Part shown: positions 56,275 to 64,000 of the stretch, one piece after another
Numbering within the stretch: position 1 is the first letter of the stretch
How the letters are laid out: the number at the start of each line of letters is the position of its first letter
NCBI GenBank assembly: GCA_036381255.1
Contig: DASVDG010000131.1
Coordinates: forward strand, 1,670 to 65,669
Direction: 5' to 3'
Length of the DNA: 64,000 nt
From: Longimicrobiales bacterium
GTDB taxonomy: Bacteria > Gemmatimonadota > Gemmatimonadetes > Longimicrobiales > RSA9
The notes under the pieces: generated by a model
Databases searched by the model: none
Told to the model about the DNA's origin: nothing
What the model saw: only the letters and a program-made list of their open reading frames with translations
Program-made: the position numbers and the translations under genes

Positions 56275-57053
56275 CGGACCGCGCCCCCTCCGGGCGCGCG
56301 GCGGCGCTCGCGAACATCGTCATCGTCCTCAACGAGACGCAGGACCTGGTCAACATCGCCGGCGCCGTACGCGCGATGATGAACATGGGGCTGCGCCGCA
56401 TGCGCCTCGTCCGGCCGGCCGAATTCGACGCCTACCGCATCGCCGGGATCGCGCACGGCTCCGAGGCGATCATCGAGCGGATCGAATTCTTCGACACGCT
56501 GCGCGACGCCGTCGCCGATGCGGCGCACGTGGTCGGCACCACGGCGCGGCGGCGGACCGCGGCGTACGTCTGGCAGCACCCGCGCGAGGCGGCGCCGGAG
56601 CTGCTGCGCATCGCGCTGGAAGGCCAGGGGCCCGTCGCGATCGTGTTCGGGCGGGAGGACAAGGGGCTCTCCAACGAGGAGCTCGACCTGTGCGACCGGG
56701 CGCTGACCGTGCCGACCGACCCGGAGCACTGGTCGCTGAACCTGGCGCAGGCGGTGCTCCTCGTCGCCTACGAGCTGCGGATGGCCGGCCCCGCGGCCCG
56801 GGCACCGCTGCCGACCCACCGCAAGGCCGCGCCCCGGCGCGCGAACGCCGAGGAGATGCAACGGCTGTTCGCGGCGACGGAGGACGCGCTCCACATCATC
56901 GAATTCTTCAAGAAGCGCAACCCGGAAGCGATCATGCGGTCCGTACGCGCGATCGCCCGGAGAGCCGACCTCGATTCGAGAGAGGCCGGGCTGCTCCGGG
57001 CGATGGCGATCGAAGTGCGGAAGTTCTTCGAGCGCGTCGCTACTCGGCGGTGA
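56271..57053 (+). CDS. SpoU/TrmH-family RNA 2'-O-methyltransferase (TrmJ-like)
   Basis: IVIVLNETQDLVNIAGAVRAMMNMG...IVFGREDKGLSNEEL...SLNLAQAVLLVAYEL. The ATG overlaps the upstream stop (ATGA). Confidence 0.8.
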   Translation: MTDRAPSGRAAALANIVIVLNETQDLVNIAGAVRAMMNMGLRRMRLVRPAEFDAYRIAGIAHGSEAIIERIEFFDTLRDAVADAAHVVGTTARRRTAAYVWQHPREAAPELLRIALEGQGPVAIVFGREDKGLSNEELDLCDRALTVPTDPEHWSLNLAQAVLLVAYELRMAGPAARAPLPTHRKAAPRRANAEEMQRLFAATEDALHIIEFFKKRNPEAIMRSVRAIARRADLDSREAGLLRAMAIEVRKFFERVATRR

Positions 57054-58344
57054 CCGCCGCCGTCCCCGGCGGCTCCTCGGACGACAGCATCAGCGCCTCC
57101 TCGGTGGCCGGCTGCCAGAGCTGGACGACCGGGAACTTCGTCGCGAACCAGACCGCCGAGGCGATGAACAGCCCGGCGAAGGCCAACGCCGTCCCGACCT
57201 CCTGCCACCCGAGCGGCAGCGACTCGGCGCCCGGGTAGAACGACGGGTAGACCAGGATGTAGCGCTCGAACCAGAGCCCGAGCAGCACGAGCGAGGCGAA
57301 GGTCGCCAGGATCGCGGGTACCCGCTTCGGCGCGGCGCCGAGCAGCCCGAAGAACGGCAGCACGAAGATCAGGAAGAGCACCGCCATCGAGATGCCGTCG
57401 TACGGCGGCCCGAGCCGCTCGACGAGGAACGACTGTTCCCACGGCAGCAGGCCGTACCAGATCACGATGAACTGGGCCCAGAACAGGTACGCCCAGAAGA
57501 TGCAGAACGCGAACTGCAGCTTGCCCAGGTCGTGGAACTGCGGAGCGCCGATCACGCCGTCCAGCCCCAGCTTGCTCCGGTAGACGACCGTGAAGACGAT
57601 CGTCGCCGCGAGCCCGCCGAGGAAGCCGGCCATGAAGAAGTACGGCCCGATCAGGGTGCTGAACCAGTGCGGGTCCTGCGACTGCACGAAGTCGAACGCG
57701 ACGACGGTCAGCGCGAGCGCCCAGGTCAGCGCGAGGATCGGTCCGAGGACGAGCAGCCGCTTGTAGGCGCGCTCCTCCTCCGCATGCTGCCCGCGCCAGC
57801 CGCGGCTCAGGCGCGCGTACAGCCCCTTCAGCCGTGCGGGCGCTTCATCGCGCAGCATCCCGGCATCCGGCCGGAGCGCCCAGTAGGCGAACGCGAGCGA
57901 GAGCGCGACCATCGCCGCGAGCAGCACGATGTTGCGCGTGACGAGGAACGGGATGTTCAGGTACGTCGCCTTCGCGCCGTGCAGCTCCTCGTGGAGCCAG
58001 TGGAAGATCGGCTCGGGCCGCAGCAGCAGCGGGAACAGCAGCACGTACCAGATCGGCAGGAACGCGACGAAGCCGAGCGCGATGCGCCGGACAGGGCGCG
58101 CCCACAGGCCGCGGGCGAGGATCACCGCCACGGCGACCATCACCGCGCCCTGCGCCATGCTGCCGAAATAGAGCCAGTTGAACAGGTACGCCCGCCACGC
58201 GCGGTCGGCGTCGGTCATGAGCGCGGCGACGAACGCCGCGGCGCCGATGCCGAGCAGCAGCAGGCTCGCCAGCAGCGCCGGCTTCGGGAAGCCCTCGAAG
58301 CGGCGCACCGGGATCTCGACTTCTTCGAACGTATCGTGCGCCAT
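57040..58344 (-). CDS. actF: Alternative Complex III subunit ActF (NrfD-like membrane subunit 2)
   Basis: 434-aa polytopic protein in the last position of the act cluster. Its 3' end overlaps the convergent methyltransferase gene by 14 nt. Confidence 0.75.
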   Translation of the reverse strand: MAHDTFEEVEIPVRRFEGFPKPALLASLLLLGIGAAAFVAALMTDADRAWRAYLFNWLYFGSMAQGAVMVAVAVILARGLWARPVRRIALGFVAFLPIWYVLLFPLLLRPEPIFHWLHEELHGAKATYLNIPFLVTRNIVLLAAMVALSLAFAYWALRPDAGMLRDEAPARLKGLYARLSRGWRGQHAEEERAYKRLLVLGPILALTWALALTVVAFDFVQSQDPHWFSTLIGPYFFMAGFLGGLAATIVFTVVYRSKLGLDGVIGAPQFHDLGKLQFAFCIFWAYLFWAQFIVIWYGLLPWEQSFLVERLGPPYDGISMAVLFLIFVLPFFGLLGAAPKRVPAILATFASLVLLGLWFERYILVYPSFYPGAESLPLGWQEVGTALAFAGLFIASAVWFATKFPVVQLWQPATEEALMLSSEEPPGTAAVTAE

Positions 58345-58348
58345 CGTC

Positions 58349-58954
58349 TTACCTCCCCGTCGGCGCGGCCGGCTGCGCTTGGGCGGCGGTCTGCTGGAGC
58401 CGCCGCACGTAGTTCACGATCAGCCAGCGATCGCGGTCCGGCACGCGCCCGCCGTACGCCGGCATGAGCCCGCGCCCGGCCCAGATGATCCCGTAAATGT
58501 ACTCGTCCGAGAACCCCCGCGCCCGCGGCGTCAGCAGCGACGGGATGAGCCGGGGGTAGCTCCCGGTGGCCGTGACCGGGCCGTTGCCTGATCCCGTCGG
58601 GCCGTGGCAGACGGCGCAGTACGTCTCGAACTGCGCCTGCCCCGCGGCGACGGTCTCGTCGTTCATCGGGAACGGGTTCTCGAGCGAGTCCGCCAACGAG
58701 ACGAGCCACGACTCCGGGGTGAGCCCCTTCGGCGGCGTGACCGCCGGCAGCTCGCCGCCCGGCGAGGCGAACGGGACCGCGTTCGGCGGCGGCACGCGCG
58801 GCGCCTCGTACGGATCGAACGCCGGCGACTCCTCCATGAAGCTGAAAAACGGTATGCTCGCCAACAGGTTGTCGAGCGCCGTACACCCACCGGCCGTCAT
58901 CGCCAGCGCCGCGACGGCGACGAGGCGGGCGACCGAATGATTCCGACTATTCAA
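58349..58954 (-). CDS. actE: Alternative Complex III monohaem cytochrome c lipoprotein ActE
   Basis: Lipobox (MTAGGC) and a single CAVCHG haem-binding motif. Confidence 0.8.
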   Translation of the reverse strand: MNSRNHSVARLVAVAALAMTAGGCTALDNLLASIPFFSFMEESPAFDPYEAPRVPPPNAVPFASPGGELPAVTPPKGLTPESWLVSLADSLENPFPMNDETVAAGQAQFETYCAVCHGPTGSGNGPVTATGSYPRLIPSLLTPRARGFSDEYIYGIIWAGRGLMPAYGGRVPDRDRWLIVNYVRRLQQTAAQAQPAAPTGR

Positions 58955-59480
58955 CGGTTACCTCCTCCGGCCACTCCCGGATCTGGACCGCCCCGCTCTC
59001 CTCCATGATCGACCGCACGGCGCCCATCCCGGCGGGCGCGGTCGACGCGAAGATCCCGAAACGGCCGCCCGAGAACGTCGGATCGTAGATGACCCGCTTG
59101 CGCAGGTGCGGCAGCCGCGCGTTGATGAACAGGCCGAGCACCGTCGCCAGCGCGCCGAACAGGATCGTCAGCTCGAAGGCGATGATCACGAACGGCGGCA
59201 GCGAGATGATCGGCTTGCCGCCCGTGATCAGCGGCCAATCCAGCGACGTCCAGATCGGCAGTGCGAAGCCGGTCGCCGTGCCGGTCAGCGCGCCGACGAT
59301 CGTGAACATGCGGACCGGGCTCTCGGGCGTGTCCAGCGCGTGCTCCAGCTCGTGCCGCGGCGCCGGCGAGAAGACGACGATGTCCTTGACGCCTTTTTCG
59401 CGCAGTTCCTCGATCGCGGCCGCCGTCGCATCGACCTCCGCGAAGATGCCCAGTACGCCGGGCTCCCTATGATTGCTCAT
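58947..59480 (-). CDS. actD: Alternative Complex III subunit ActD (DUF3341)
   Basis: 177 aa reading GVLGIFAEVDATAAAIEELREKGV, followed by two TM helices. Confidence 0.8.
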   Translation of the reverse strand: MSNHREPGVLGIFAEVDATAAAIEELREKGVKDIVVFSPAPRHELEHALDTPESPVRMFTIVGALTGTATGFALPIWTSLDWPLITGGKPIISLPPFVIIAFELTILFGALATVLGLFINARLPHLRKRVIYDPTFSGGRFGIFASTAPAGMGAVRSIMEESGAVQIREWPEEVTVE

Positions 59481-59535
59481 GACCCCCGCTCCTCGATACC
59501 AAGCCCTGCCCCCGTGAAGCGCCGTGCCGCCGTCA

Positions 59536-60945
<1,410 letters not shown>

Positions 60946-60951
60946 GCTCGC

Positions 60952-63900
60952 CTACGCCTCCGACGCTTCCGTGAGGACTTTCTTGAGGTAAACGATCCCG
61001 GACTGCGTGTTCAGCTCGTCGAGGACGCGGTATCCGCGGCCGGACGCGGCGATCTGCGCCACCCGCGAGTTCGGGTCCTTGATGTCGCCGAAGACGATCG
61101 CGTCGCCGGGGCACGTCTGGGCGCAGGCCGGCGTGATCTCGCCGTCCGCCACGGCGCGGCCCTCGAGCCGCGCCTGGTGCTGCGCCCCTCGGATCCGCTG
61201 CACGCAGAACGTGCACTTCTCCATGACGCCCTTCTCTCGGACCGCCACGTCCGGATTGAGCTGCCAGTTCAACGGCTCGGGCCACTCGGCGCTGAACCAG
61301 TTGAAGTAGCGGACCTTGTACGGGCAGTTATTCGAGCAGTAGCGCGTGCCGACGCAGCGGTTGTAGACCTGCCCGTTCAGCCCATCCGGCGTGTGGTACG
61401 CCGCGTAGACCGGGCAGACCGGCTCGCACGGCGCGTTGCCGCAGTGCTGACAGAGCATCGGCAGGAACCGCGTGTGGTGCAGCTCGCCCTCCTCGTCGGC
61501 CTCGAAGTACCGCTCGATGCGCATCCACGTCATGATCCGGCCGATCGAGATCTGCTCGGGGCCGACGATGCCGATGTTGTTCTCCGCGTAGCAGGCGACG
61601 ACGCAGGCGCTGCAGCCGTTGCAGCGTTCGAGGTCGATCGCCATCGCCCAGCGCGGGTTGTCCTCGGAGTACTCGCCGTAGTACGTACCGGGCGGCGGGT
61701 AGTCCTGCGGGCCGGCCTCGACGACCATCGGCGCGAAGCCGCCGGTCTGCTGGAGCTGGCGGACCTGCGCCTCCTTGGGGTGCGCCTCGCCGTGCTCCGT
61801 CGGCGCGCCGGTGTGCGGGGCGGCCCCCGCTTCCGGCGCGACGCCGACGTCCTCGCCGTGCTGCGCCCCGACCGACGCGGCGGTGCCGGCCGCGACGAGC
61901 CGGGCGCGCTCGGCCTGGCGCGCCTCCTCGAGCGTCGTCGCGCGGGCGACGTCGCGGCCCTGCTGCGTCGCGCTCCCCGCGGTGTACGGCAGCTTCTGCC
62001 ACTCGCCGGTCGGGCGGAGCGAGGCCGTCGTCTGGACCCAGACGAGCGCGCCGGACGGCTCCTCGACGACGGGCGCGAGGAAGCGCGCCGCGTTGACGCC
62101 GCGCCCCCGGGCGTAGCGGCCGAACTCCTCGTGGCCCTGGCCGAGCTGGACGGCGATCACGTCCGGGCGCGTGCCCGGGTGGATCCAGACGGGGAGCGTC
62201 GCAGTGCCGTGCGGCGTCGTGACCTCGGTCATGCTGCCGGTGTCGAGGCCGAGGCGCTCGGCGGTCTGCGGGTTGACCTCGACCCAGGACGTCCAGGAGA
62301 TCTTGCTGACCGGATCGGGCAGCTCCTGGAGCCACGGGCGGTTGGCCGTCCGGCCGTCGTAGAACCGGTACGACGGGTAGGCGACGAGCAGCAGGTCGCC
62401 GTCACCGGAGAACTGCGGCGTCTCGAGGTCGAGCTGCGCGAGGGCGCCGGCGTTCAGCGAGACGGCCGGCGCGGCCGGCGCGTCGGTCACGACGACGCCG
62501 AGCTGGAGCGTCTCGCGCCACCATTCGTCGAACGGCGCGGCGGCGCCGGCCTGCGGGTAGATGTCGCGGGCCCAGCGTTCGCGCAGGTAGTCGTAGTACG
62601 TCGTCGCGGCGGTCGGGATCGCGACGCCGACGCGGCGTGCAACGGAGAGCAGCACGTCGCCGGTCTGCTTCGTCCGGAAGACGGGCGTCATGACGGGCTG
62701 CACGATCGAATGCACGCCGGTCCGCGGCTCGTAGTCGCCCCAGCTCTCGAGGAAGTGGTGGTCCGGGAGGAGCAGGTGCGCGCTCTCGCTGGTCTCGTCG
62801 AGGTACGGCGAGAAGGAGGCGATGAACGGCACTCGCTCGATCGCCGCGGCCGCGTCGCCGGCGAGCGGCACGCTATAGAGCGGGTTCGGCCCGTGGACGA
62901 CCAGCGCGCCGACCTGGCCGTCGGCCATGGAGGCGATGAGCGCCGCGAGGTCGCGGTAGCTGCCGGTGTCGGCGAAGCGCTCCGTGCGGTCGAACCGGAC
63001 GGTCGTGCCGAAGTTGCCGGCCACGTAGTTGAGCAGCGCGACGGCCATGGCGACGGAGGTCGCGCGGGCGTGCGTCGTCTGCACGCCGGGTCCGACGGCG
63101 AGCGAGGGCCCGGCGGCGAAGGCGCGGGCGGCGGAGCGGATCCGCTCCTCGGGGACGCCGGCCGTCCGGGCGACATCCGCGACGTCGATCCGCTGGAGCA
63201 GCCCCGCAGCCGCACCGGCCCGCCCCTGCCCGGCGTCGACGATCGACCGGGCCATGGCGAGCGCGACGAGGTGCTCCGTGCCCGGCCGGACCGGCAGCCA
63301 CTCGTCGGCGCTCATGTCGGTCAGCGACTGGTGCCCGGTGACCGAGATGAAGCGGCCCTTGTGGCCGTCCGCGCGCCGGAACGCGTGGGACTGCGTGAAG
63401 CCGTGCGAGTAATCGACCGGCGAGAGCCAGGTCTCCATGAAGTCGGCGCCGAACGAGACGACGACGTCGGCGGCCGAGAAGTCGTGGACGGGGACCGCGT
63501 CGATCCCGAAAAGCAGCCGGTTGGCGGCGCGGATCGGCTCCCAACCGAACGTGTCGAAGCGGACGACCTCCATCCCGAACGCCGCAGCCCACTGGTCGAC
63601 GAGCGCGTCCATGCTGCCGGTGAAGGTCTGCGTCAGGAAGACCTTGCGCCCCCGGGCCTGGCCGATCGCGGCGGCGAGCCGCTGCTCGGCGTCGTCCCAA
63701 CCGATCCGGCTCCACGCGCCGGCCGCGTCGCGGACCAGCGCCTGCGGCACGCGGTCGGGGTTGTAGAGCCCGTGCAGCGACGCCTGGCCGCGCGCGCAGA
63801 GCCTGCCGTGCGAGATCGGCGAGAGCGGGTTGCCCTCCGCCTTGATCGCGCGACCTTCCCGCGTCTTGATGCTCATGCCGCACCCCGCGGGGCATTCCCG

Positions 63901-64000
63901 ACAGGTGGTGCGGTACCACGTGGCGAGACCCGGAACGATCTCGTCGGCGGCCGTCACGTACGGGATCAGCCGCTCGGCCCCTTCCGTGGAACACCCGAAG
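60952..64000 (-). CDS. actB: Alternative Complex III ActB (molybdopterin-oxidoreductase-like domain fused to 4Fe-4S ferredoxin domain), 5'-partial
   Basis: Cys clusters CRECPAGCG and CNGCSACVVAC / CQHCGNAPCEPVC / CVGTRYCSNNCP are present. The frame stays open upstream of the GTG at 63957 to the window edge (…ERLIPYVTAADEIVPG). The true start and Tat signal are therefore probably outside the window. Confidence 0.85.
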   Translation of the reverse strand, partial: FGCSTEGAERLIPYVTAADEIVPGLATWYRTTCRECPAGCGMSIKTREGRAIKAEGNPLSPISHGRLCARGQASLHGLYNPDRVPQALVRDAAGAWSRIGWDDAEQRLAAAIGQARGRKVFLTQTFTGSMDALVDQWAAAFGMEVVRFDTFGWEPIRAANRLLFGIDAVPVHDFSAADVVVSFGADFMETWLSPVDYSHGFTQSHAFRRADGHKGRFISVTGHQSLTDMSADEWLPVRPGTEHLVALAMARSIVDAGQGRAGAAAGLLQRIDVADVARTAGVPEERIRSAARAFAAGPSLAVGPGVQTTHARATSVAMAVALLNYVAGNFGTTVRFDRTERFADTGSYRDLAALIASMADGQVGALVVHGPNPLYSVPLAGDAAAAIERVPFIASFSPYLDETSESAHLLLPDHHFLESWGDYEPRTGVHSIVQPVMTPVFRTKQTGDVLLSVARRVGVAIPTAATTYYDYLRERWARDIYPQAGAAAPFDEWWRETLQLGVVVTDAPAAPAVSLNAGALAQLDLETPQFSGDGDLLLVAYPSYRFYDGRTANRPWLQELPDPVSKISWTSWVEVNPQTAERLGLDTGSMTEVTTPHGTATLPVWIHPGTRPDVIAVQLGQGHEEFGRYARGRGVNAARFLAPVVEEPSGALVWVQTTASLRPTGEWQKLPYTAGSATQQGRDVARATTLEEARQAERARLVAAGTAASVGAQHGEDVGVAPEAGAAPHTGAPTEHGEAHPKEAQVRQLQQTGGFAPMVVEAGPQDYPPPGTYYGEYSEDNPRWAMAIDLERCNGCSACVVACYAENNIGIVGPEQISIGRIMTWMRIERYFEADEEGELHHTRFLPMLCQHCGNAPCEPVCPVYAAYHTPDGLNGQVYNRCVGTRYCSNNCPYKVRYFNWFSAEWPEPLNWQLNPDVAVREKGVMEKCTFCVQRIRGAQHQARLEGRAVADGEITPACAQTCPGDAIVFGDIKDPNSRVAQIAASGRGYRVLDELNTQSGIVYLKKVLTEASEA

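Overview
This is a very GC-rich, gene-dense bacterial chromosomal segment. I call about 48 credible CDS. I found no rRNA, tRNA, transposase, integrase, cas gene or true CRISPR array by eye. The gene content includes an ADOP-type duplicated orphan permease, a GWxTD lipoprotein, a PorV-like barrel next to a cargo with a T9SS-type C-terminal domain, and Alternative Complex III. That combination points to a Gemmatimonadota/Acidobacteriota/FCB-like lineage, which is inference only. Recognisable functions:
- ssb, polA, a short RpoD-family sigma factor and a cold-shock protein
- a five-gene peptide ABC importer
- glycine-cleavage P and H proteins with a lipoyl/octanoyl transferase
- Hsp33
- two acyl-CoA dehydrogenases flanking a persulfide-dioxygenase/rhodanese fusion
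- a GMC-oxidoreductase / PLP-deaminase / S46-peptidase operon
- actBCDEF, with actB running off the right edge

Most other long ORFs in the supplied track are antisense or off-frame shadow ORFs typical of high GC. Many intergenic regions show clear TTGACA-17-TAnnnT type promoters and GC-rich hairpins. The window looks like core chromosome rather than an accessory island.

The items I rank highest for follow-up:
1. A regulator + TPR + giant S8 protease + dedicated PorV-like barrel module (34.6-41.2 kb).
2. An orphan ExbB-type proton channel coupled to a GWxTD lipoprotein and an Slt70-like transglycosylase, driven by a near-consensus promoter (11.8-17.2 kb).
3. An unannotated small transcription unit with a 12-nt perfect anti-Shine-Dalgarno complement, a 20-codon sORF and an intrinsic terminator (29.27-29.45 kb).
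4. A stand-alone histidine-kinase DHp mini-protein (28.7-29.1 kb).
5. Three 61-bp-phased repeats in a 640-bp divergent intergenic region (45.47-45.62 kb).
6. A heptad repeat array after an AhpD-like gene (1.39-1.47 kb).

All homology statements come from recognising motifs in the translated ORFs. No database search was run.
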